A stretch of 64,000 nt of DNA from a virus (Duplodnaviria; Caudoviricetes). Positions 11,079 to 19,858 of this stretch are shown here, in pieces. The notes under the pieces are model-generated. The model worked only from the letters and a program-made list of their open reading frames with translations. It searched no databases and was not told the origin of the DNA. Positions within the stretch are counted from its first letter, which is position 1; every line of letters starts with the position of its first letter. The position numbers and the translations under genes are program-made. The DNA lies in IMG/VR virus record IMGVR_UViG_3300028603_000002, positions 64,001 to 128,000 of that record. The stretch is one strand, 5' to 3'.

Positions 11079-11355
11079 CGATTGTGGAAATTGTAAGAAA
11101 GATGGTAAATCAGATCTGAAGTTAGAGCTATTCTTAGAATACAGTCCTAATACTTCTGATGCATCATACACGGAAAGTCTTAGAAAAGTATTTGGATATG
11201 GTGAATATCAGTCCAAATTAGTATTAGACATAGCAAAAAAGAATGGTAGCGTGTCGATTTATGAATCAACAAGAGACGATGTATTGAATATAACAACCAA
11301 ATTAGCATTGGAATCAATACCACATCGAGTTGAAACAGTAAGTAAAATAGTCTAA
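11068..11355 (+). CDS. ClpS-like adaptor, degenerate
   Basis: LRKVFGYGEYQSKLVLDIAKKNGSVSIYESTRDDV follows the ClpS core pattern, but the NDD motif is absent. Confidence 0.5.
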   Translation: MSNDDCGNCKKDGKSDLKLELFLEYSPNTSDASYTESLRKVFGYGEYQSKLVLDIAKKNGSVSIYESTRDDVLNITTKLALESIPHRVETVSKIV

Positions 11356-11356
11356 T

Positions 11357-11710
11357 ATGAGTGTTTTATTCAGTATATTAGTACCAACAATAGCAATAAT
11401 GCAATTAGCAGAAATAATTGCTAATACTGATTTATTAGATCCAATACGAGATCGATTAAAAAGTTATGGTACTATATTCTCTAAGAATTATTATGGAATT
11501 ATACATATAATTGGAGAATTATTCTTATTATTTTATAAGTTTTTATCTTGCTGTTTTTGTATACAGATATGGACATCATTAATATACATAATATATATAG
11601 ATATACCATTAGAAGATATTTATAGTAGTGGATATGTTTTAACAGATGTAATCATCAATACTTTATTTATATCTGCATTATCATGGGCATCTAAAAGATA
11701 TTTAGCATAA
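11357..11710 (+). CDS. DUF1360-like membrane protein
   Basis: Hydrophobic helices and an LSCCFCIQIW (CxxCxxxW) motif. Confidence 0.55.
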   Translation: MSVLFSILVPTIAIMQLAEIIANTDLLDPIRDRLKSYGTIFSKNYYGIIHIIGELFLLFYKFLSCCFCIQIWTSLIYIIYIDIPLEDIYSSGYVLTDVIINTLFISALSWASKRYLA

Positions 11711-11711
11711 T

Positions 11712-12242
11712 ATGAAAAGAAGAGTAGCATACAGGTTAATGGAAGATGAGATTAGATATGCTATGGCGAATAGCAGAAATAATATGGAAGCTGCGAGATT
11801 TTTACATATACATCATTTAACATGGGCAAAATATGCGAAGATGTATATAGATCCGGAAACAAATTTGACTCTATACGAATACCATAAACGATATGGTAAA
11901 CTTAATGCAAAAAGAGCGGCACCTAATGAAATAACAGCTGAGCAAGAAATAAAGAAAATACTAGTAAATAAAACAGGAAAGACTCCATTAAAAATAATTA
12001 AAGCTAAATTAATTAGATCCGGTGTATTGCCGGAAATGTGTCAATACTGTGGATTTCATGAACGAAGATTAACAGATCAAACAGCCCCATTACAATTAGT
12101 TTTCAAAGATGGAAATAAGAAAAATTTGAGCTTAGATAATTTTGAGTTAGTATGTTATAATTGCTACTACTTAATGTTTGATGATATCTTTGAAAAATCA
12201 ACACTTAAAGTACCAAAATTCAGTGAAGGAGGAAATTACTGA
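11712..12242 (+). CDS. HTH + HNH-like zinc-binding protein
   Basis: CQYCG ... FKDGNKKN..LDNFELVCYNC. The catalytic His appears replaced. Confidence 0.6.
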   Translation: MKRRVAYRLMEDEIRYAMANSRNNMEAARFLHIHHLTWAKYAKMYIDPETNLTLYEYHKRYGKLNAKRAAPNEITAEQEIKKILVNKTGKTPLKIIKAKLIRSGVLPEMCQYCGFHERRLTDQTAPLQLVFKDGNKKNLSLDNFELVCYNCYYLMFDDIFEKSTLKVPKFSEGGNY

Positions 12243-12568
12243 TGACAATAGATTCAATTTATGATTGGTTAATAAATCATGCTCCAAAAAACGGCACTAC
12301 AGCAATTTGGCAGAACTTGGCATCACATATTATGTTGATGAATGAATTAGAGCCTGATAATGTAGAACCTTGTAAAGTTGAGGAGATAAAAAGTTTAGCG
12401 GAGAAATATCAGATTAATATACCTGATGAAACTCATAGAAATATAATGAGTGAATTGCAAAGTTGCAGAGCATGAATGACAATATATTCGAAAGTTATGG
12501 TAGAGTCATGTTTGACATCTGTAAATTGGAACAGAGGCTGCAAGAATTATATCTAATAAAAGAATCCC

Positions 12569-12991
12569 TTGAACATGAGATTACGAAAAATAATGTTAAC
12601 GATGTTGACGGTGATACTGATACAGAAATCGACCCTAATTCAATCGAGAACTAGCTACAATATATCAGAAAACATTATTGATACTGTAAGTGCAACATGC
12701 TATTATCCAGATCCAAGTCAGACAGATAATACACCATATATAACTGCAGATAATAGCATTATAAATAAAACATCACCAATTAATCATAGATGGATAGCAG
12801 TATCAAGAGATTTATTAGGTGTTTACAATATGGGATGTACAGTTAAAATTTCAAATACTGGAGTATATGATGGGTTATGGGTAGTTAAAGATAAGATGCA
12901 TAAGAGATGGCGTAAGAAAATAGATTTCCTAGTAAACAAAGACAGTTACATTGATTCTTGGGGAGATAGTATAATAATAAAAAGAAAATGA
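12569..12991 (+). CDS. 3D/RlpA-like (DPBB) domain protein
   Basis: QTDNTPYITA, WIAVSRDL and V.D.M.KR....IDFL motifs. N-terminal hydrophobic segment. Confidence 0.75.
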   Translation: MNMRLRKIMLTMLTVILIQKSTLIQSRTSYNISENIIDTVSATCYYPDPSQTDNTPYITADNSIINKTSPINHRWIAVSRDLLGVYNMGCTVKISNTGVYDGLWVVKDKMHKRWRKKIDFLVNKDSYIDSWGDSIIIKRK

Positions 12992-13433
12992 AAAAAGATG
13001 CTTATATAAAAATTTACGTACTGGCAGAAGAACTGAATAGTATATTGAACAAAGGGAAGAAACCAAGTGTGTATTATTTACATAATGCCGACCCTACATT
13101 AGTTGAAATATCTATGCCATCTCATATCGTTGAAGGTTGGGGTGGCCGCCCGAAATCATTACTATTTGGATAATGGCTCGTAAGAAGAAAGAAGAGATTG
13201 AAAGGCTGCTTTCTGACATAAATAGTAAAATACTATCATATTACGCCATTCATTGGACCCAACCAGAATGGATATACAGATTCACGAAATTAGCCGATGA
13301 AGTTACAGAGGAAGACTACCAGAGTTACCGTATGCGGGGGTGTAACATGACAAGAAGGATGATTTTTCCATATGATAAAAGAAAACAATATGATACTTTG
13401 TTAAAGAAGAATTCCAAAAAAATCTCGAAATAA

Positions 13434-13470
13434 TTTGGTAATTAGGTATAAATCTTATATCTTTATTATG
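13434..13470 (+). promoter_or_regulatory. representative Bacteroidota-type promoter TTTGG-N19-TATCTTTATTATG
   Basis: Recurs on + at about 21548, 24418, 28580, 30193, 30847, 33508, 39950, 47171, 47568, 49631, 61357 and 63922, and on - at about 39900, 45270, 45930, 52690 and 61215. Mostly intergenic and pointing into the downstream gene. Confidence 0.8.
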
Positions 13471-13499
13471 AAATTAAACAAAAACCAATTTTTGAGATT

Positions 13500-14264
13500 A
13501 TGGAATTAGTGAAAAGTTATGATGAATTGTTGAAAGTTGTCCCACAATTGGACAATAAACAACGCCATCCAGATGCCTCCAAACACTACGTGGCAGTAGA
13601 TACTGCAAAAGTAGTTAAAGGATTTATGAATTTAGGATGGCAACCACGTCAGGCATTTTCTAAAAAAGGTAGTTGGGGTCATCATATGATTAAATTAGAG
13701 CATGAAAGTGATCTGAGAGTTGGAGATGATATAATACAAATCGTCATTCAGAATTCATATGATAGAACCAGCAAATTCCAACTTAATGCTGGAGTTTTTC
13801 GAGTTGTTTGTCAAAATGGAATGATTATACCTAAGGAAAACTTAGGAATGGCATCCATCGAACAACGGCATATGGGCTTTGATCCTCAAGAATTTTATAC
13901 AATGGTAAATGAGGTGATGGAAAGTGTATCTAAAGTAGGGAATGTAATCGGATCAATGAAAGCAAAGATCTTATCAACTCCCGAAAAGATAGATTTTGCA
14001 CGAAAAACATCCTTATTGCGAGTTGATGAAAGTGTAGCTGAAACAATCAATTTTGAAGAAATATTGGAACCATCAAGGCCAGAAGATCAATATGATGATT
14101 TGTGGACTGTTTCAAATTTACTTCAAGAGAAGATGATTCGAGGTGGTGTAACGTATGTGACTGATAAAGATCGTTCACGCAGGATGAGAAAATTATCCAA
14201 CTACAAAAGAGAAGTTGAAATTACTGAAGGCATTATGAAACATGCTTTCGAATATTTGAATTAA
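13500..14264 (+). CDS. DUF932/DUF945 family protein
   Basis: NSYDRTSKFQLNAGVFRVVCQNGM and RH motifs. Confidence 0.8.
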   Translation: MELVKSYDELLKVVPQLDNKQRHPDASKHYVAVDTAKVVKGFMNLGWQPRQAFSKKGSWGHHMIKLEHESDLRVGDDIIQIVIQNSYDRTSKFQLNAGVFRVVCQNGMIIPKENLGMASIEQRHMGFDPQEFYTMVNEVMESVSKVGNVIGSMKAKILSTPEKIDFARKTSLLRVDESVAETINFEEILEPSRPEDQYDDLWTVSNLLQEKMIRGGVTYVTDKDRSRRMRKLSNYKREVEITEGIMKHAFEYLN

Positions 14265-14286
14265 TTGTCCATTTAATAACTAGAGT

Positions 14287-14318
14287 AAGGGGACAATTGA
14301 AAAATTGTCCCTTTTTTT
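14287..14318 (+). terminator. intrinsic terminator
   Basis: GGGGACAATT-GAAA-AATTGTCCCT hairpin followed by a T-run. Confidence 0.85.
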
Positions 14319-14329
14319 ATTGAATACGC

Positions 14330-14785
14330 ATGAGAATATTATACAAAAAGGTAAATGGTGATGTTGTAGATATTGTAAAGTACACCAATGAAGTACTTGC
14401 TAAATATCCACATTGTGAAGTAAGGATTGGGACTGATAGTCAAGTACACAGAAAAAGTGTTCGTTATGTTACTGTAATAGCATATAGATGGGGAACAAGG
14501 GGCGTGCACTTAATATACAAGAGTGTAACAGTACCAAAGAAAGGTTTGGATCGTTATACCCGTTTATATAATGAGGCCGTTAGATCAATTGAATTAGCTG
14601 AATATTTAAAAAAAAATGGTATTCTTGTTTCTGGGATTGATATGGACTATAACGGTCAGAAGAAAACACCCTCAACACCAGTTATAGCACCTACGAAGGG
14701 ATGGGCAGAAGGATTAGGTTATACAGTTTACATTAAACCAGATGCACAATTAGCTACTAAAGCAGCAGACGAATTATGTAGATAA
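14330..14785 (+). CDS. RNase H-like YkuK family protein
   Basis: IGTDSQ, RLYNE..RS, IDMDYN and IKPDAQLATKAAD motifs. Confidence 0.8.
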   Translation: MRILYKKVNGDVVDIVKYTNEVLAKYPHCEVRIGTDSQVHRKSVRYVTVIAYRWGTRGVHLIYKSVTVPKKGLDRYTRLYNEAVRSIELAEYLKKNGILVSGIDMDYNGQKKTPSTPVIAPTKGWAEGLGYTVYIKPDAQLATKAADELCR

Positions 14786-14803
14786 ACCTATATTTATATA
14801 AGT

Positions 14804-15517
14804 ATGGAAAAACTGAGAATATTATATAAAGATGCTTTTTATCAAAATCTCCTTAAAGAAGGAGTATATGATCCCGCAATATTCAAGGCAATATTTATGG
14901 CAGGGGGGCCTGGTTCGGGAAAATCATATATTGCAAAAAAAGTAACAGGGGGATTAGGGTACAAATTCATAAGTTCAGATATTGCTTTTGAACATTTCTT
15001 AAATAAATTAAAGATGTCTCATAAATTGGATAAATTATCTGATGAGGAATTCAATAAAGTAATACGAACTAGAAATAGGGCAAAGGAACTAACTAAGAAA
15101 ATAAAAGCTTCTCATGAAGGTGGGAGATTAGGATTGATATTTGATGGTACAGGGTATGACTATTTAAAGATAAAAAAATTGAGGGATGAAATTACTAAGT
15201 ACGGATATGATACATATATGATTTTTGTGAATACTTCTTTGGATGTAGCATTAGAAAGAAATCAAAAGAGATCAAGAACTGTACCTGAAGACGTAGTGAT
15301 AGGAAAATGGAAAGCAGTGCAAGAAAATATTGGTAAATTTCAAAATTTATTTGGATCTAATTTTACTGTTATTGATAACAATACACCAGATGTTGAAGAA
15401 ACACTTGATTTAGAACGAAAGCAAGTCATGAAATTTACTAAAGCACCCATAAAAAATCCAATTGCGAAACAGTGGATTGATAGAGAATTAGAATTAAAAA
15501 ATAGATTAAGTAAATAA
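14804..15517 (+). CDS. P-loop kinase (AAA_33/zeta-like)
   Basis: AGGPGSGKS, LIFDGTG and FVNTSLDVALERN..R.R motifs. Confidence 0.8.
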   Translation: MEKLRILYKDAFYQNLLKEGVYDPAIFKAIFMAGGPGSGKSYIAKKVTGGLGYKFISSDIAFEHFLNKLKMSHKLDKLSDEEFNKVIRTRNRAKELTKKIKASHEGGRLGLIFDGTGYDYLKIKKLRDEITKYGYDTYMIFVNTSLDVALERNQKRSRTVPEDVVIGKWKAVQENIGKFQNLFGSNFTVIDNNTPDVEETLDLERKQVMKFTKAPIKNPIAKQWIDRELELKNRLSK

Positions 15518-15649
15518 AAGACATATTTTTTAAAAATATTACTATATTTATTAGTAGAATGAGAAGTAAATATCATATAGATAGTTTGTTTAATATTACA
15601 TGGGTACTGTCTATGTAATAAGGGAGGAATAAGAATCTGACATAGATTT

Positions 15650-15688
15650 AGCCCCTTCCAAAGCAGTTTGAGAGGGGCTTTTTATTTT
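15650..15688 (+). terminator. intrinsic terminator
   Basis: AGCCCCT...AGGGGCT stem followed by a T-run. Confidence 0.75.
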
Positions 15689-15718
15689 GGTGTTGATATT
15701 GTTTAAAGGGAGACAACA

Positions 15719-16084
15719 ATGAAAAAAATACTAACAATTGTCGAACCAGCATTATATTGTAACAATATAGAATCAATATTAACATTAAGTAGAAAGTATA
15801 AAAATGATATTGATATATGGGTAATAACAAATTTGTGCGATGCACATAGCATAAGGATGTTAGAAAAGAAAAGAATCAACTCTTCAAATTTGTATTATGC
15901 CCAAAATAAGCAGGATAAAATACAATTCTGTAAAGAGACTAGTTGTTATCATATAGATGATGACATTAATGATGTTGAAATAATTAAATACGAAGCCAAG
16001 ATTCCAGTTAAATTAATATTTGATAGGAGAATAATTACGGACTATCGCATTTTTTTAGAAAAAAGATTAAAAAAGATTTTGTAG
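15719..16084 (+). CDS. HAD-like hypothetical protein
   Basis: VIT, K and HIDDD motifs. GGGGAG RBS. Confidence 0.5.
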   Translation: MKKILTIVEPALYCNNIESILTLSRKYKNDIDIWVITNLCDAHSIRMLEKKRINSSNLYYAQNKQDKIQFCKETSCYHIDDDINDVEIIKYEAKIPVKLIFDRRIITDYRIFLEKRLKKIL

Positions 16085-16255
16085 ATATAAAAATGTTATT
16101 TATATTTATGATGTTGAAAAGATATTTGGGTGTTATTATTCTAACACGAAGTTATTTGAAACGCTGGCAGACATAGACGCATACATCTAACCAAGTAATA
16201 CGATCTGGTATGGTAATTTTAGAATTACGAGTCAGGTGTGTATGAGTCATTTTTA

Positions 16256-16329
16256 GTAGGGGTAGCTTAATTGGCGAGAGCACTTGTTTTGGGAACAAGT
16301 AGATGTGGATTCGACTTCCACTCCCTGCA
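16256..16329 (+). tRNA. tRNA-Pro(TGG)
   Basis: Cloverleaf. Anticodon arm CTTGT-TTTGGGA-ACAAG. Confidence 0.85.
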
Positions 16330-16332
16330 CAA

Positions 16333-16409
16333 AAAATAGAAACATAATATATGTTACTTACATCAATTTCATAGACTGACTTAATTACATATATTGATTA
16401 TTCTATTTT
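16333..16409 (+). ncRNA. ACAT/TACT/GATTA stem motif, copy A
   Basis: AAAATAGAA-ACAT-AATATATGT-TACT...ACATATATT-GATTA-TTCTATTTT. Confidence 0.7.
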
Positions 16410-16420
16410 ATTTTAAGAAC

Positions 16421-16536
16421 AAAAAGAAAACATTATTGATGTTACTCTGGATTAATCTCCCGAATGGGGGATTGATAGGTTCGATTCCTATCAGGACCGA
16501 ATGGTCTTGTTATACATCAATTGATTATTTCTTTTT
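16421..16536 (+). ncRNA. stem motif copy B carrying a tRNA T-arm (Y-RNA/YrlA-like)
   Basis: Same motif, with the loop holding ATAGG-TTCGATT-CCTAT and two extra hairpins. Confidence 0.7.
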
Positions 16537-16547
16537 TTACAATACAC

Positions 16548-16623
16548 AGCGCGGTGAGTCTGGAGAGGCACCAGGCGCGGTCTCATAAGCCGAACGACGT
16601 GGGTTCGAATCCCACCTGCGCTC
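16548..16623 (+). tRNA. tRNA-Met(CAT), extended D stem
   Basis: Acceptor AGCGCGG/CTGCGCT, loop CTCATAA, T arm GTGGG-TTCGAAT-CCCAC. Confidence 0.75.
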
Positions 16624-16670
16624 CTAAAATTTAATTAACTTTTATATTTATTGTTAAAAGGAGTTTCAAT

Positions 16671-16895
16671 ATGGATAAGTACATTTGTACAAAAGAATGG
16701 CCAAGACATGCTAAAGGAGATGTCATTGAGGCATGGGAATATAATAGAATACCACGGGAGATTCAACAAGAACATTTTAAGAAAGTAGAAAAGGAAACTA
16801 AAAAAGAAATTAGGCCTACTGACAAAGGAAAAGGAAAAGTATCATTCACTAAAAAAATTGAAAATGAAGAACCACTGGGTAGTAACAATATCTGA
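16671..16895 (+). CDS. hypothetical protein
   Basis: 74-aa ORF with an AGGAG RBS. Confidence 0.6.
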   Translation: MDKYICTKEWPRHAKGDVIEAWEYNRIPREIQQEHFKKVEKETKKEIRPTDKGKGKVSFTKKIENEEPLGSNNI

Positions 16896-17034
16896 TGATG
16901 GTAATGTTAAGAAAAAAAGAAAGTTTAAGGGACCTGCAGAAGTAGTAGCAGGACAAGAATATCATAAGCAAATTAAGAAAATGGTAAACATTACTAAACA
17001 TCGTATTAGTAAGAAATACGGATTATAATTATAC

Positions 17035-17406
17035 GGGCCATACAGGAATCGACAGGTATAAGAAGTATATTAGGCGATCCGCACAATGATATTAACGTGC
17101 GTCAAAAAGGTATATCAACACAGAGTTGACAAAAATGTCAGTTTAGATTTGGCACTAGAAGCATTGAAAAATGATACTAGCGGCGGCCGTGCTATTAACA
17201 TGGTTACCAAGCCAGCAGCTTTCGCGGTAGCTGCGTAAACCAAACCGTTCTTCCTGAGCTTTCTACCATGTGTAGGTAGCCAACAATGGTTTTTCTTATT
17301 GTACCCATTAAACAATAAGATGGTGGAGTTGCAGGGTTAGTTTATGATCGTTATTCCTAGTATATGTATTATGTTCTGGATGTGGGTTCGAATCCCACAT
17401 GGTCCA
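17035..17406 (+). ncRNA. ssrA: tmRNA
   Basis: 5' GGGCCATACAGGAATCGAC. 3' T arm plus ATGGTCC-A gives G3:U70 and A73. Internal frame ends ...PAAFAVAA-stop at 17238. Confidence 0.9.
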
Positions 17407-17480
17407 CTTCAAACATGGAATGGGTCACCTCTAGAGCAGGTGTTGCAATGGGGGTGGCTTTATTAAAAACAAGGAAAGAT

Positions 17481-17990
17481 ATGAAAAAATTAATATTGTT
17501 TATTCTGTTATTAACTGTTACTACATTAAATAGTCAGGCCATAGAACAAAATAAAGTTGATAAAAACATTAAATTGCTTTCCATTCCTATAAATACAGGT
17601 ACTGAACTGACACCAGCTGTGATGGATGTAATAGATCGTGTAGCAATTGAAAATAAGATAAGAAAAGAAGTACAAGCTGAAATGGCAGCTGCTTGTGATG
17701 AAAGGCAATTAGCTATTGAAAAGATGAAGTTGGAAATTGAATGTAGAGGTATTACACCAGGTGAATTAGGAATTGCTCCAGATACTATTTGTGTTGGTTT
17801 AGGATTGTATTCCGAATGGATTGTGCGAGCTATATCTAATACAAGAATTGGTGGTACTTATACCGCATTGTTAGATCCTGCTACATCACTAAGCACACCA
17901 GGCCCATCTGGCACTCTAAGATCACGTACAATTGTAGGATTTGATAAATTTATCCCAGTAGGGACAGTGATTATAATGGCAGAAAAGTAA
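17481..17990 (+). CDS. secreted hypothetical protein
   Basis: MKKLILFILLLTV signal peptide with an AAGGA RBS. The longer ORF call overlaps the tmRNA. Confidence 0.65.
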   Translation: MKKLILFILLLTVTTLNSQAIEQNKVDKNIKLLSIPINTGTELTPAVMDVIDRVAIENKIRKEVQAEMAAACDERQLAIEKMKLEIECRGITPGELGIAPDTICVGLGLYSEWIVRAISNTRIGGTYTALLDPATSLSTPGPSGTLRSRTIVGFDKFIPVGTVIIMAEK

Positions 17991-18192
17991 TTATATTTTT
18001 AGTATGATAGTTTTAAATAAAATATATTATTTAGATCTAGGAAGTTCAAGTCCGGTGGAAGTAAAAACTATATGATTTTTACAAACTGGTGTATTATGTA
18101 AATATCTAAACTCTGCACCTGGTAGGGAAGAGGTTATTGATTACGATTTATTTGAAGAAAGTATTATAAAAGTTCATTAAAACATTTTTAAG

Positions 18193-18363
18193 ATGCCTAG
18201 AAATAACGATCCATTTAAGCCATGGAATGATGTAATGAAAGATACACCATTTGCTCCACATAACGGGCCTGAAGCAGATAATCCATTTAAACCATGGAAT
18301 GATCCTGCAGGAGATACTTCAAGATTAACAGATGAAGAAAAACGTTATTACGGTATAAGATAA
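18193..18363 (+). CDS. 56-aa protein with (D/N/T)PFxPxN repeats
   Basis: MPRNNDPFKPWNDVMKDTPFAPHNGPEADNPFKPWND... Below the ORF-track cutoff. Confidence 0.6.
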   Translation: MPRNNDPFKPWNDVMKDTPFAPHNGPEADNPFKPWNDPAGDTSRLTDEEKRYYGIR

Positions 18364-18450
18364 CCCCCAGTGGCGAAATAGGCAGTACGCGTAAGACTTA
18401 AAATCTTATTCCTAGAAATGGGAGTGCAGGTTCGATTCCTGCCTGGGGGA
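18364..18450 (+). tRNA. tRNA-Leu(TAA)
   Basis: TAAGA-CTTAAAA-TCTTA, long variable arm. Confidence 0.9.
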
Positions 18451-18531
18451 CTAAATGACTATGTCACGGGTGTTATAAACATAGTCATCAGTTGGAATGT
18501 AGTGAATCACACCCTAACATTCCAACGAACC

Positions 18532-18605
18532 GCCTTCATAGCTCAATAGTGTAGAGTAACTGGCTCTTAACCAGTGGGTTCCGAGTTCGAGTCTCGGTGG
18601 GGGCA
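18532..18605 (+). tRNA. tRNA-Lys(CTT)
   Basis: ACTGG-CTCTTAA-CCAGT. Confidence 0.9.
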
Positions 18606-18664
18606 CTATAAACAGGCTTGGTAAAGCCTCTTGTAATTATTACAACGTAACCAAGTAATTGAAT

Positions 18665-18749
18665 GGTAGGTTGCCAGAGTGGTTAACGGAGCAGTTTGCT
18701 AAACTGTCATCTCGAAAGGGGTGCACTGGTTCGAATCCAGTACCTACCG
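18665..18749 (+). tRNA. tRNA-Ser(GCT)
   Basis: GCAGT-TTGCTAA-ACTGT, long variable arm, G73. Confidence 0.9.
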
Positions 18750-18761
18750 CAATTTAAATAT

Positions 18762-18832
18762 TGCCCTGTAGTATAATGGTAGTATATAGGAATTTGGATC
18801 CTATGGTTTCAGTTCGAATCTGAGCAGGGCGT
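18762..18832 (+). tRNA. tRNA-Gln(TTG)
   Basis: TAGGA-ATTTGGA-TCCTA. Confidence 0.85.
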
Positions 18833-18840
18833 CTAATAAA

Positions 18841-18912
18841 GTCCCATAAGCATTGATGGCGATGTATCTGTTTTGTAATCAGAATAAGTCGGTTCGAATC
18901 CGGCATGGGGCT
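18841..18912 (+). tRNA. tRNA-Thr(TGT)
   Basis: Anticodon loop TTTGTAA, acceptor GTCCCAT/ATGGGGC. Confidence 0.85.
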
Positions 18913-19083
18913 CAAATAAAAAAATTTAGGATGAGGATGTGGTGAGTATAAGCTCCTAATGTGTAATAAGGAAGAAGTACAAAGAAAAAGGGATTGTAGT
19001 ATTTGTATGAAACAGCCGACACACATGAGAATCCCTGACGCCATTATGGCTAGACCCGTAACCACATCCTTTATTTTAATTAT

Positions 19084-19180
19084 GGAAGAGTAACGCCGTC
19101 AGACTGTAAATCTGATCCGCTTTAACAAATTGGCGTAGTTGGACTTCGCGGTAAGTCGGGTTCGAGTCCCACCTCTTCCA
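19084..19180 (+). tRNA. tRNA-Tyr(GTA)-like, no D arm, giant variable arm
   Basis: GGAAGAG/CTCTTCC-A acceptor and TCAGA-CTGTAAA-TCTGA. Only 8 nt between the acceptor and anticodon stems. Confidence 0.7.
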
Positions 19181-19189
19181 CTTATATAT

Positions 19190-19262
19190 GGCAACTGAGC
19201 AAGTGAGGTCATTGTGCTGGTCTGAAAAACCAGAGAATCCGGATCGTTACCGGGAGTTGCCG
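19190..19262 (+). tRNA. tRNA-Phe(GAA)
   Basis: CTGGT-CTGAAAA-ACCAG. Atypical T loop ATCGTTA. Confidence 0.8.
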
Positions 19263-19275
19263 CAAAATTAAATAC

Positions 19276-19347
19276 GCCTCCATAGTGTAATTGATAGCAT
19301 ATGAGCTTCCAAACCTCAAGGTCCGAGTTTGAATCTTGGTGGGGGTG
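19276..19347 (+). tRNA. tRNA-Trp(CCA)
   Basis: TGAG(C)-TTCCAAA-(C)CTCA, G73. Confidence 0.75.
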
Positions 19348-19370
19348 CTAATATAAGTTTTATTTTTTAC

Positions 19371-19444
19371 GGTGTTGCAGCATATTGGTGCATGTTACCC
19401 GCCTGTCACGCGGGGGATTGTGGATTCGAATTCCATCAACACCG
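19371..19444 (+). tRNA. tRNA-Asp(GTC)
   Basis: CCCGC-CTGTCAC-GCGGG, G73. Confidence 0.9.
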
Positions 19445-19450
19445 CGATCA

Positions 19451-19524
19451 GCGGGTTACGCATAAGTGATGGTGCACCTGCCTTCCAAGCAGGAAAAGAG
19501 CCAGTTTGATCCTGGCAACCCGCA
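19451..19524 (+). tRNA. tRNA-Gly(TCC)
   Basis: CCTGC-CTTCCAA-GCAGG. Confidence 0.85.
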
Positions 19525-19528
19525 CAAA

Positions 19529-19602
19529 AAATAGAAACATAACACATGTTACTTTATGAATCGTTTATTTCAACCAAACTACATGTGTTGATTATTCTAT
19601 TT
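19529..19602 (+). ncRNA. stem motif copy C
   Basis: AAATAGAA-ACAT-AACACATGT-TACT...ACATGTGTT-GATTA-TTCTATTT. Confidence 0.7.
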
Positions 19603-19611
19603 ATTTTTAAT

Positions 19612-19684
19612 GGGGGTATAGTTTAACTGGCTAAAATCAGTGATTTGCACTCACTAGATCCGATTTCGATCATCGGTACCTCCA
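19612..19684 (+). tRNA. tRNA-Ala(TGC)
   Basis: AGTGA-TTTGCAC-TCACT, G3:U70. Confidence 0.85.
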
Positions 19685-19692
19685 CAAACTTT

Positions 19693-19835
19693 TGCGTGGT
19701 AGTTGAATTGGAATATTATTCGTCCGACGGTAGTATTTTGAAATGAATGACGATTCATTAAGTTTAATACCTTAGAATAATAACAACACTCCCGGCTAGA
19801 GGGAGAGATTGCAGGTTCGACTCCTGTCCACGCAA
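19693..19835 (+). tRNA. tRNA-like RNA with CTA anticodon and 69-nt D-loop insertion
   Basis: TGCGTGG/CCACGCA acceptor, D stem GTTG/CAAC, CTCCC-GGCTAGA-GGGAG, canonical T arm. Confidence 0.65.
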
Positions 19836-19858
19836 CTATTAACAGGTAACTACTAGAT

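Noticed and set aside
15559-15618. Leader-peptide attenuator (MRSKYHIDSLFNITWVLSM) before the 15650 terminator
   Set aside because: No regulatory codon run or clear antiterminator. The terminator is explained by the upstream kinase gene.
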